Origin: Octopus vulgaris
Lineage: Eukaryota
Length of the DNA stretch: 64,000 nt
Assembly (NCBI GenBank): GCA_951406725.2
Contig: OX597831.1
Coordinates: 59,768,001-59,832,000, forward strand
Direction of reading: 5' to 3'
Both the position numbers and the translations under genes were made by a program. Shown one piece after another: positions 47,842 through 59,119 of the stretch (position 1 is the first letter of the stretch; every line of letters starts with the position of its first letter). The notes beneath the pieces were generated by a model, which ran no database searches, was not told the DNA's origin, and was given only the letters and a program-made list of their open reading frames with translations.

Positions 47842-47990
47842 TAGTAATCCCTCGACTATCGTGGGTGTTACTTTCCCAAACCTCCCATAGAAATAAGTAA
47901 AATCTAAACAATTAAATACCTATCGGCCGCAGAGACCGGGATACACTGAAGAGTCTGCGATAGGTGAACCGCGATAGGGCGAGGAAATAT
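47842..47990. mobile_element. MITE with Tigger/pogo-like TIRs
   Basis: TAGTAATCCCTCGACTATCGTGG ... CCGCGATAGGGCGAGGAAATA imperfect TIRs in TA context. Confidence 0.6.
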
Positions 47991-47992
47991 AT

Positions 47993-48026
<34 letters not shown>

Positions 48027-48350
48027 CAACATCACAATCAAGGAACGGCCATAATAGGCCATTCACATTATGGCCGTTCCTTGATTGTGATGTTGAACTT
48101 AAAAATGGTTTATGACTATTTAATTTTTTCCCACTAGGCCGCTGGTGGCAAAAGAATTCTACAAAATTTTTTGCCACCCTATATTGATTAATTATGAATT
48201 TTCTGGTTAATTCCGTAATGGAATCAGCGGCTTATATTTATTTGCTGCCGATAAATTTGGCGCGAGTGCGACGATTTGAAAATTTTAGGTCAGATATTGA
48301 CGAGGTAGCAACGAGAATGCCTCGTGAAAAATATCTGTTCCGGCTTGGCT

Positions 48351-48457
48351 ATTTCTTACTGATGAATCTAAGGGCCTATGGTAGATTGGCTTGATTTAAT
48401 TTAATCAGGTTAGTTTTCCATTAAACAGTAGATGAAACGGTGCATCGTCTAAGAAAT
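48351..48457 (+). ncRNA. Type I hammerhead ribozyme, unit 1
   Basis: ATTTCTTA-CTGATGA-ATCTA..long hairpin..TAGAT-GAAA-CGGTGCATCG-TC-TAAGAAAT; 8-bp stem I; GUC cleavage after 48449. Confidence 0.9.
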
Positions 48458-48840
48458 TACAGGGTAAATGTTTTTTAATTTTCTCCTGGTTTACGGAATT
48501 GACGTTATTTTGCGGTTAAAGCTTTTGGCTGTTATTTCTAGTGGGTGAATGGCCTATTATGGCCGTTCCTTGATTGTGATGTTGAACTTAAAAATGGTTT
48601 ATGACTATTTAATTTTTTCCCACTAGGCTGCTGGTGGCAAAAGAATTCTACAAAATTTTTTTGCCACCCTATATTGATTAATTATGAATTTTCTGGTTAA
48701 TTCCGTAATGGAATCGGCGGCTTATATTTATTTGCTGCCGATAAATTTGGCGCGAGTGCGACGATTTGAAAATTTTAGGTCAGATATTGACGAGGTAGCA
48801 ACGAGAATGCCTCGTGAAAAATATCTGTTCCGGCTTGGCT

Positions 48841-48947
48841 ATTTCTTACTGATGAATCTAAGGGCCTATGGTAGATTGGCTTGATTTAATTTAATCAGGT
48901 TAGTTTTCCATTAAACAGTAGATGAAACGGTGCATCGTCTAAGAAAT
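48841..48947 (+). ncRNA. Type I hammerhead ribozyme, unit 2
   Basis: Same motif as unit 1. Confidence 0.9.
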
Positions 48948-49329
48948 TACAGGGTAAATGTTTTTAATTTTCTCCTGGTTTACGGAATTGACGTTATTTT
49001 GCGATTAAAGCTTTTGGCTGTTATTTCTAGTGGGTGAATGGCCTATTATGGCCGTTCCTTGATTGTGATGTTGAACTTAAAAATGGTTTATGACTATTTA
49101 ATTTTTTCCCACTAGGCCGCTGGTGGCAAAAGAATTCTACAAAATTTTTTTGCCACCCTATATTGATTAATTATGAATTTTCTGGTTAATTCCGTAATGG
49201 AATCGGCGGCTTATATTTATTTGCTGCCGATAAATTTGGCGCGAGTGCGACGATTTGAAAATTTTAGGTCAGATATTGACGAGGTAGCAACGAGAATGCC
49301 TCGTGAAAAATATCTGTTCCGGCTTGGCT

Positions 49330-49436
49330 ATTTCTTACTGATGAATCTAAGGGCCTATGGTAGATTGGCTTGATTTAATTTAATCAGGTTAGTTTTCCAT
49401 TAAACAGTAGATGAAACGGTGCATCGTCTAAGAAAT
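49330..49436 (+). ncRNA. Type I hammerhead ribozyme, unit 3
   Basis: Same motif as unit 1. Confidence 0.9.
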
Positions 49437-49818
49437 TACAGGGTAAATGTTTTTTAATTTTCTCCTGGTTTACAGAATTGACGTTATTTTGCGGTTAAAG
49501 CTTTTGGCTGTTATTTCTAGTGGGTGAATGGCCTATTATGGCCGTTCCTTGATTGTGATGTTGAACTTAAAAATGGTTTATGACTATTTAATTTTTTCCC
49601 ACTAGGCCGCTGGTGGCAAAAGAATTCTACAAAATATTTTGCCACCCTATATTGATTAATTATGAATTTTCTGGTTAATTCCGTAATGGAATCGGCGGCT
49701 TATATTTATTTGCTGCCGATAAATTTGGCGCGAGTGCGACGATTTGAAAATTTTAGGTCAGATATTGACGAGGTAGCAACGAGAATGCCTCGTGAAAAAT
49801 ATCTGTTCCGGCTTGGCT

Positions 49819-49925
49819 ATTTCTTACTGATGAATCTAAGGGCCTATGGTAGATTGGCTTGATTTAATTTAATCAGGTTAGTTTTCCATTAAACAGTAGA
49901 TGAAACGGTGCATCGTCTAAGAAAT
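49819..49925 (+). ncRNA. Type I hammerhead ribozyme, unit 4
   Basis: Same motif as unit 1. Confidence 0.9.
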
Positions 49926-50308
49926 TACAGGGTAAATGTTTTTTAATTTTCTCCTGGTTTACGGAATTGACGTTATTTTGCGGTTAAAGCTTTTGGCTGT
50001 TATTTCTAGTGGGTGAATGGCCTATTATGGCCGTTCCTTGATTGTGATGTTGAACTTAAAAATGGTTTATGACTATTTAATTTTTTCCCACTAGGCCGCT
50101 GGTGGCAAAAGAATTCTACAAAATTTTTTTGCCACCCTATATTGATTAATTATGAATTTTCTGGTTAATTCCGTAATGGAATCGGCGGCTTATATTTATT
50201 TGCTGCCGATAAATTTGGCGCGAGTGCGACGATTTGAAAATTTTAGGTCAGATATTGACGAGGTAGCAACGAGAATGCCTCGTGAAAAATATCTGTTCCG
50301 GCTTGGCT

Positions 50309-50415
50309 ATTTCTTACTGATGAATCTAAGGGCCTATGGTAGATTGGCTTGATTTAATTTAATCAGGTTAGTTTTCCATTAAACAGTAGATGAAACGGTG
50401 CATCGTCTAAGAAAT
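50309..50415 (+). ncRNA. Type I hammerhead ribozyme, unit 5
   Basis: Same motif as unit 1. Confidence 0.9.
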
Positions 50416-50798
50416 TACAGGGTAAATGTTTTTTAATTTTCTCCTGGTTTACAGAATTGACGTTATTTTGCGGTTAAAGCTTTTGGCTGTTATTTCTAGT
50501 GGGTGAATGGCCTATTATGGCCGTTCCTTGATTGTGATGTTGAACTTAAAAATGGTTTATGACTATTTAATTTTTTCCCACTAGGCTGCTGGTGGCAAAA
50601 GAATTCTACAAAATTTTTTTGCCACCCTATATTGATTAATTATGAATTTTCTGGTTAATTCCGTAATGGAATCGGCGGCTTATATTTATTTGCTGCCGAT
50701 AAATTTGGCGCGAGTGCGACGATTTGAAAATTTTAGGTCAGATATTGACGAGGTAGCAACGAGAATGCCTCGTGAAAAATATCTGTTCCGGCTTGGCT

Positions 50799-50905
50799 AT
50801 TTCTTACTGATGAATCTAAGGGCCTATGGTAGATTGGCTTGATTTAATTTAATCAGGTTAGTTTTCCATTAAACAGTAGATGAAACGGTGCATCGTCTAA
50901 GAAAT
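50799..50905 (+). ncRNA. Type I hammerhead ribozyme, unit 6
   Basis: Same motif as unit 1. Confidence 0.9.
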
Positions 50906-51288
50906 TACAGGGTAAATGTTTTTAATTTTCTCCTGGTTTACGGAATTGACGTTATTTTGCGATTAAAGCTTTTGGCTGTTATTTCTAGTGGGTGAATGGC
51001 CTATTATGGCCGTTCCTTGATTGTGATGTTGAACTTAAAAATGGTTTATGACTATTTAATTTTTTTCCCACTAGGCCGCTGGTGGCAAAAGAATTCTACA
51101 AAATTTTTTTGCCACCCTATATTGATTAATTATGAATTTTCTGGTTAATTCCGTAATGGAATCGGCGGCTTATATTTATTTGCTGCCGATAAATTTGGCG
51201 CGAGTGCGACGATTTGAAAATTTTAGGTCAGATATTGACGAGGTAGCAACGAGAATGCCTCGTGAAAAATATCTGTTCCGGCTTGGCT

Positions 51289-51395
51289 ATTTCTTACTGA
51301 TGAATCTAAGGGCCTATGGTAGATTGGCTTGATTTAATTTAATCAGGTTAGTTTTCCATTAAACAGTAGATGAAACGGTGCATCGTCTAAGAAAT
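51289..51395 (+). ncRNA. Type I hammerhead ribozyme, unit 7
   Basis: Same motif as unit 1. Confidence 0.9.
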
Positions 51396-51777
51396 TACAG
51401 GGTAAATGTTTTTTAATTTTCTCCTGGTTTACAGAATTGACGTTATTTTGCGGTTAAAGCTTTTGGCTGTTATTTCTAGTGGGTGAATGGCCTATTATGG
51501 CCGTTCCTTGATTGTGATGTTGAACTTAAAAATGGTTTATGACTATTTAATTTTTTCCCACTAGGCCGCTGGTGGCAAAAGAATTCTACAAAATATTTTG
51601 CCACCCTATATTGATTAATTATGAATTTTCTGGTTAATTCCGTAATGGAATCGGCGGCTTATATTTATTTGCTGCCGATAAATTTGGCGCGAGTGCGACG
51701 ATTTGAAAATTTTAGGTCAGATATTGACGAGGTAGCAACGAGAATGCCTCGTGAAAAATATCTGTTCCGGCTTGGCT

Positions 51778-51884
51778 ATTTCTTACTGATGAATCTAAGG
51801 GCCTATGGTAGATTGGCTTGATTTAATTTAATCAGGTTAGTTTTCCATTAAACAGTAGATGAAACGGTGCATCGTCTAAGAAAT
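51778..51884 (+). ncRNA. Type I hammerhead ribozyme, unit 8
   Basis: Same motif as unit 1. Confidence 0.9.
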
Positions 51885-52267
51885 TACAGGGTAAATGTTT
51901 TTTAATTTTCTCCTGGTTTACGGAATTGACGTTATTTTGCGGTTAAAGCTTTTGGCTGTTATTTCTAGTGGGTGAATGGCCTATTATGGCCGTTCCTTGA
52001 TTGTGATGTTGAACTTAAAAATGGTTTATGACTATTTAATTTTTTCCCACTAGGCCGCTGGTGGCAAAAGAATTCTACAAAATTTTTTTGCCACCCTATA
52101 TTGATTAATTATGAATTTTCTGGTTAATTCCGTAATGGAATCGGCGGCTTATATTTATTTGCTGCCGATAAATTTGGCGCGAGTGCGACGATTTGAAAAT
52201 TTTAGGTCAGATATTGACGAGGTAGCAACGAGAATGCCTCGTGAAAAATATCTGTTCCGGCTTGGCT

Positions 52268-52374
52268 ATTTCTTACTGATGAATCTAAGGGCCTATGGTA
52301 GATTGGCTTGATTTAATTTAATCAGGTTAGTTTTCCATTAAACAGTAGATGAAACGGTGCATCGTCTAAGAAAT
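52268..52374 (+). ncRNA. Type I hammerhead ribozyme, unit 9
   Basis: Same motif as unit 1. Confidence 0.9.
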
Positions 52375-52757
52375 TACAGGGTAAATGTTTTTTAATTTTC
52401 TCCTGGTTTACAGAATTGACGTTATTTTGCGGTTAAAGCTTTTGGCTGTTATTTCTAGTGGGTGAATGGCCTATTATGGCCGTTCCTTGATTGTGATGTT
52501 GAACTTAAAAATGGTTTATGACTATTTAATTTTTTCCCACTAGGCCGCTGGAGGCAAAAGAATTCTACAAAATTTTTTTGCAACCCTATATTGATTAATT
52601 ATGAATTTTCTGGTTAATTCCGTAATGGAATCGGCGGCTTATATTTATTTGCTGCCGATAAATTTGGCGCGAGTGCGACGATTTGAAAATTTTAGGTCAG
52701 ATATTGACGAGGTAGCAACGAGAATGCCTCGTGAAAAATATCTGTTCCGGCTTGGCT

Positions 52758-52864
52758 ATTTCTTACTGATGAATCTAAGGGCATATGGTAGATTGGCTTG
52801 ATTTAATTTAATCAGGTTAGTTTTCCATTAAACAGTAGATGAAACGGTGCATCGTCTAAGAAAT
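52758..52864 (+). ncRNA. Type I hammerhead ribozyme, unit 10
   Basis: Same motif; one substitution in the stem II insert. Confidence 0.9.
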
Positions 52865-53248
52865 TACAGGGTAAATGTTTTTTAATTTTCTCCTGGTTTA
52901 CGGAATTGACGTTATTTTGCGGTTAAATCTTTTGGCTGTTATTTCTAGTGGGTGAATGGTCTATTATGGCCGTTCCTTGATTGTGATGTTGAACTTAAAA
53001 ATGGTTTATGACTATTTAATTTTTTCCCACTAGGCCGCTGGTGGCAAAAAGAATTCTACAAACTTTTTTTGCCACCCTATATTGATTAATTATGAATTTT
53101 CTGGTTAATTCCGTAATGGAATCGGCGGCTTATATTTATTTGCTGCCGATAAATTTGGCGCGAGTGAGACGATTTGAAAATTTTAGGTCAGATATTGACG
53201 AGGTAGCAACGAGAATGCCTCGTGAAAAATATCTGTTCCGGCTTGGCT

Positions 53249-53355
53249 ATTTCTTACTGATGAATCTAAGGGCCTATGGTAGATTGGCTTGATTTAATTT
53301 AATCAGGTTAGTTTTCCATTAAACAGTAGATGAAACGGTGCATCGTCTAAGAAAT
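53249..53355 (+). ncRNA. Type I hammerhead ribozyme, unit 11
   Basis: Same motif as unit 1. Confidence 0.9.
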
Positions 53356-53575
53356 TACAGGGTAAATGTTTTTTAATTTTCTCCTGGTTTACGGAATTGA
53401 CGTTATTTTGCGGTTAAAGCTTTTGGCTGTTATTTCTAGTGGGTGAATGGCCTATTATGGCCGTTCCTTGATTGTGATGTTGAACTTAAAAATGGTTTAT
53501 GACTATTTAATTTTTTCCCACTAGGCCGCTGGTGGCAAAAGAATTCTACAAAATTTTTTTGCCACCCTATATTGA

Positions 53576-53616
<41 letters not shown>

Positions 53617-53619
53617 GAG

Positions 53620-54837
53620 AGAGAAGTAAGTAGACACAATATAAAATATCGTTTTATATTTATTTAATTTGAAAAGATTTATATTTCTTATTAATTGACA
53701 TTCTTATATTTCACCTTCTATATATGACGTAAAAAAGGACCCATGGGACAGTCCGAATTCCAAAGATGCCGCATTGTACGTCAATCCGGCGGTGAATTTC
53801 GTCAACTTGAAATTGCACAAAACATTGGGATCCCACATTCTACAGTTAATAGAGTGATTGTGCAATTCACCAGAGAGGGGGAATGCTTCAATATCCCTTT
53901 GCTCAGGTGGATTAGGGGTGTCTGGCAGAACCCTTCACTTCGCTATGAGAAAAGTGGAGGATAACCGCCGTTGCAAAGCCTCTGACATAGCAAAGCATGT
54001 TGATATCAATCCCATAACATCTATCAGGTATCTTTACAAACTTGGCTACTATGGAAGAGTAACAAGAAGGAAGCCTTTTCTCCAACCAGCCAGTATCAAG
54101 CGGAGAAAATATTGGGCCAGTGAGATGGTGGAGAGATTACTATCATTTTGCAACACAGTCATATTTTTTTATGAGTCCATATTTGCTGTATTTGCTGAGA
54201 GCGGTCGAGTATGGATCTGAGACTGTTTGACAAAGAAGTTGATGTAAACATGTTGCGGCCAAAAATAAAATATGGTGGATATTCTGTGATTGTCTGGGGT
54301 GCAATGTGGAGTAATGCTTGAACGGAGCTGCTTGAGTGTGAGGAAGGATAAACTCAGATAGATATAGGTGCATATTTCAGTAGTAAAGATTCCTTCCAAT
54401 CACCTCCAGTGGTGCAATGATTAAACAAGGCTATCTATCTATGGAAGATGCAGTTCCTTGTAATACAACTACAACGAGCAAATATTGCTTAGAAGAGAAT
54501 AGCATTAGAAAACGTTCATGGCCAAGCCAATCACCGAATATGAATCCTATTGAACACAATTCAATAATGGCCAGGAGACATCGTAAAAAGTAGAGGAAAC
54601 ATACACAAATCCAGAGATTTTGAGATCAATGCATGGAATTCGTTAAGAGAATATTTTTCATCTGATCAGTAGTATGCCTAGTAGGGTCCGTCTACTGAAA
54701 AATGCAAAGGGAATGTCTACTAAATATTGGATATTCACATTATAACAATTAACAACTAATTTGAATACATCATTTCAGATTTAGATAACTTTCAACGACT
54801 ATAAGAGTGGCTTTTTAATTCTGTCAGGCATATATAT

Positions 54838-54898
<61 letters not shown>

Positions 54899-54936
54899 AA
54901 TTCGGGGTGAGTACTTGATAATTGTAAGCACCTGTA
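53620..54936 (+). mobile_element. Decayed Tc1 transposon
   Basis: HTH ([18 protein letters not shown]), RRKPFL, VIFFYES, KYGGYSVIVWG, WPSQSPNMNPIEH, SMPSR..KG.STKY; possible right TIR ..AATTGTAAGCACCTG|TA. Confidence 0.9.
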
Positions 54937-54939
54937 TAT

Positions 54940-55639
54940 ACCGTTTGGTGGTGTAGGTGGTGGAGTAAATTAATCAAAATAAAAACATGATGCCAAGGAT
55001 TCAGCGGAGGATTCTACAACCAGAATTTGTCATTTTCCTGACCACCATGTTTGGTCCGTAACTACTATATATCCCTTATCCTTATATTCTTTTACACTTT
55101 TTATTATTTTTATTTTTATTTTTATAACTTTATACCTTTATATTCATTTATATTTTTTTAATATTTTTTATATCTCTTTATATCTTTATACTCTACATTT
55201 TTATATTTTTCTATACTTACACTCTTTATATATTTTTTATCCTTCGTCCTGAATTCTCGCCCCTCCATCTTTATCTCTATTTGCTCTTATTACCAGGTTC
55301 CTTCACGTCTGTCTGTATTTATATATTTATATATGTATATATTTATTTATTAATTTATTTATATTACTTTAACATCCAAACATCCTCATTCTACATTGAG
55401 AGAAGAACGAGATGGACCCTTCATTTTTATGCTGTTGCCGCATTACGTCGTACGCGAATGAGAGGATTTGCATCCCCAACCAAGAATTTTTGATGTAATA
55501 CATGTCCTTGAAGAAGTAGTTGTGCGCGGCTGAAGAAGGCCACAGACGCACATTATGCATTGTTATAAATCCGTCTAATAAAGGCCCGAAACCTATGTAC
55601 CGCTGAATCCTTGGCATCATGTTTTTATTTTGATTAATT

Positions 55640-55641
<2 letters not shown>
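54940..55641 (-). mobile_element. PLE-like relic with inversion; 42-bp inverted arms 54966-55007 and 55600-55641
   Basis: Exact inverted repeat; HHR on the + strand; TA context at both ends. Confidence 0.75.
55526..55603 (+). ncRNA. Type I hammerhead ribozyme
   Basis: GCGG-CTGAAGA-A-GGCC..AGACG..CGTCT..GGCC-C-GAAA-CCTATG-TA-CCGC; GUA cleavage after 55599. Confidence 0.78.
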
Positions 55642-55711
<70 letters not shown>

Positions 55712-55735
55712 TGTGTGTGCGTGTGTGTGTGTGTA

Positions 55736-56430
55736 GTACCCATCCGTGAGGAAAATTCAACTCCATCTTGTGAAAGATAAATGTAATTTATTTAAAATCC
55801 CAATACATGTATTATAACGCTACGAATAGTTTCATATTTTGAGAAGCTCAAACATATTCTTCAGGCGCAAACAGCATATCATAAGGGGCTACAGAAATTG
55901 AATAATAGAAGAAACGAGAAATGAACTTAGAAGGCAGCATATAGAAAACGCAGACAGTAAACAACGGAAAACGAAAAACGGAAAGCAAAAAAAACTGACT
56001 CTAGAATACCAAAAATACAAAGTAAATATTACAAAGGTGAAATAGCTATCTTTCTTAGACCTTAAATGATAACAACGGAAAGATATAAAAGCAATCAGGG
56101 ATAGGCGGAATTTTCCAATTCTTTGGAATATATTTATACATATGCATGCAACCAGTGAAAATTTCTGACCTGGAGTTCAATAAAATGTTAGGAATGTTAG
56201 ATCTGAACAGGATCTGTGCTCTCTCGAACTCCAGGTCAAACGTTTTCACAGGTTGCATGCATTTGTATAAATATATTCTGAAGAATTGGAAAATTTCGCC
56301 TAAACCTGACTGACTTGATATCTTTCCAGCCTTATCATATAAGGTATAAGGAATTATAGCTCTTTCATATTTTTACCTTTTACATTTTAGTTTCTGTTCT
56401 TCCTTTCCTTTATCGTTTTCCGTTGTTTAC
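55736..56430 (-). mobile_element. Neptune-like PLE 3' end (ORF C-terminus plus HHR) with 5' inversion
   Basis: DLEFERAQILF..LLNSRSEIFTGCMHMYKY resembles the PLE LNxRSE..CxH terminus; diverged inverted arms ~55957-56178 and 56226-56429. Confidence 0.8.
55817..55868 (-). ncRNA. Type I hammerhead ribozyme
   Basis: GCGC-CTGAAGA-ATAT-G-TTTGAG-CTT-CTCAAA-ATAT-GAAA-CTATTCG-TA-GCGT. Confidence 0.75.
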
Positions 56431-56944
56431 CATATACCCAATAGTCCAAAATATTACATACATACATGCATACGTACATATATGTATATGCATACTTTTA
56501 TATATGTATATATATAGATAGATATATATATATGATAGATCTATACGTACACACGTATGTTTGTATGTTGTATGCTCTCACATTTACATATGCATGTATG
56601 CACGCGTTTTGTGTTTATATTAAAAAGTAAGATTTGGAAAAAAGTTCGTAAAATATGTCTGAATGTCAGCAGTTTGCATGCGTCCTGTAATAGCCAATTA
56701 CTTTATTTTTTTTAACAACAAGTAATGCAACTGTGTCGCTTTGCACAGTCTGTCTTCGTATATTTTTTCTTTACCTGGAACAGCATGAAACTGAATTTGT
56801 TAGCTTATTTTCTTAATAAATAATATATTAAATTTAGATGCAGTACAATTGAAGAAATTGAAGAAAAATAAGATAGAATCAAACACATACACTTATATAT
56901 ACGTATCAACATCGATACTGATAAATGTATCTAACATTACTTAC

Positions 56945-57065
56945 CTACATCACTAGGAGATTCGGTTGTTCTCCACTTTAACGGAGCAAATGAACACGGT
57001 GTGGCAAATGTAAACGTGTTGACTTTGAAGGATCTGCATGAAGGCGTCCTGAGATGGTTGCAGCG
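56945..57065 (-). CDS. Candidate 121-nt exon (RCNHLRTPSCRSFKVNTFTFATPCSFAPLKWRTTESPSDV)
   Basis: ttttcagtag tandem acceptor, TAG|GTAAGT donor, raised GC; phase-1 end matches the 30942 exon start. Confidence 0.45.
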
Positions 57066-58429
57066 CTACTGAAAATGTAATGAAATCAGAGCATCCTATT
57101 GTGAAAGAGTTTAGAGCTTCTATCTTGTTCAAAATTAATATATGTCTCTCCTGGAAATGTCTCAAAACTTATGCTATGGTCCCCGTAAAAGTGTGTATCT
57201 GCGTGTATACATTTATAAGTATATATACATACGTCTGTTTTATAGGCATATATAAACCATGATAGTAATATCTTGCACAAACGTGGCACAAATGGATTAA
57301 ATATAGGAAGGGACATAGTGCGAAATTCTGTGTCGACCGATTTCTTCATATGTATGTTCCATCACTTCGTCTAACATCGATCTAAAGTCACTAGAAAACT
57401 AGCAGATAATCCCTTGAATTTCTGTCACCGTCGAAGAAAGAGTTAAAAGAGAAATAAACTTGATTAAATTAAGAAATTCCAATACAGTTTACAAATACGC
57501 AATATAATTTTTAAAACGTATTCATAAAATGACTGTCTTTCTCTCTTTCATTATTGTTATTGTCTGTTATGACGTTCAACTTATCAAACTTAAGTAATTT
57601 AGAAGGCAAAAGGTTTTCACTATAATTGGAAGAAATATATCCAATATTATGCAGCATATGATTTGAAGTGTCAAGAAATCGGGATTGTCGATTCTTGTTC
57701 GTATTTCATTATAAGTATGTTCCGTAATGGTTAATCAAAATTCAGAAAATTATCCAAAACGAACATTGTCGCAACCCCTCGATCTCTTTCCTATAATGCT
57801 TTCATAGCAAAATTTTTAAATACTATTACCGTTGACATATTGCTTAATTAATTTAAAGTAGTATTTCTCGTTTTGGCTTCTGACAAGAAATAGAATATTT
57901 TTGTTGTTAATTGTCTCAATTGAGGTCACGTTTTATACAGATTTAAAGACGTACAAACATGTCGCATTGTATTAAAGTCATTGATTAGAGCTTATTTTGA
58001 CAATGTAATTTTCCAGGCACTGGAAATTTATAATGTACACATGCATACACACGTTTTATTTAAATACATTGACACACCCGCATAAATACAGTCACAAACA
58101 CACTAAAATATACACATACACTCACACACACACAAATATATATACACACGAGCGCTCACATATAAAGATAATATATGTACGCATGTTTAGCAATTCCACT
58201 TAATATCAATTTCATGAAAACTGACACATTATTAGTAATAAAACTAAATTTTTGAAACGAGGAAACTTTTAGTAATGTGTATTATTTACATTGAACATAC
58301 AGAATATAATTGATATAAGCTACTGAATTTTACACATGAAATTAATAGAAGGTACAAACTTGAATCTCTTATTTACATTATTTACGTTTGACGGATATAT
58401 GTCTGTGTCAACATCCCTGTGAAATTGTC

Positions 58430-58935
58430 GATTCATTCTTTTATCTACCCATCTCTTTTCAGTTTCAATTGTTTTCAATTGCTTCTACAGTGCTTTATCT
58501 TTGAACCTTTCATCCGACACAAGCCTGACCTTCTTACTTCTAATAATAGCGGTTCTGTGGCATCTTTACATACCATGATATGTTGTTTTCTGATTTAATG
58601 CTGTGTTCGCATCCAGGTTCTCTATCCCCACATTTCCTTGGTACATATAGACCGTCTGTATCATTTCTTTGGTAGAGTGTCTCATATCTAGTTAGCAACT
58701 TCCTTGTCTTTCTGTTTAAACTGTTTACTTCGTCTACTGCCCATGCTATTACCCCTGCTCCATATCTAAGGAATTACACCACCCGGGCGTTGATAGCTTC
58801 GATATTATTCCGACCGTTTAATTTCAATTTAAGGATCAGTCTCAGTCTGCGCAAGTACTCAACCTTTAATTTCTCAGTCATTTCGTTCTCCATCAATTAG
58901 TCCATTTCCAAAATCCCCAAGTACTTATAGCTCCC
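58430..58935 (-). mobile_element. R4/Dong-like LINE RT-thumb fragment
   Basis: YKYLGILE..EYLRRLRLILKLKLNGRNNIEAIN..LRYGAG..W..RKTRKLL..LYVPR. Confidence 0.85.
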
Positions 58936-58958
58936 AAATACTACGCCGTATGTCCGAA

Positions 58959-59054
58959 GGCATACAGTGTAGTGGTTAAGAGTACAGGCTACTAACCCCA
59001 ATGTTCTGAGTTCGATTCCAGTTAGTGACTTGTATAATAATAATAATAATAATG

Positions 59055-59119
<65 letters not shown>

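Larger units (their letters stand above)
48026..53583 (+). mobile_element. Retrozyme-like tandem array: about 11.3 x 489-491 bp units, one hammerhead each, with a 41-bp 5' inversion, inserted in (TA)n
   Basis: Units nearly identical; 48026-48066 is the reverse complement of unit sequence; (TA)n on both sides; HHR in every unit. Confidence 0.9.

Noticed and set aside
48067-53583. CRISPR array, rDNA/snRNA cluster or plain centromeric satellite
   Set aside because: No unique spacers and no rRNA/snRNA similarity recognised; HHR plus PLE-type ends explain it better
58959-59031. Functional tRNA gene
   Set aside because: Acceptor stem does not pair and no oligo-T terminator; treated as a SINE head
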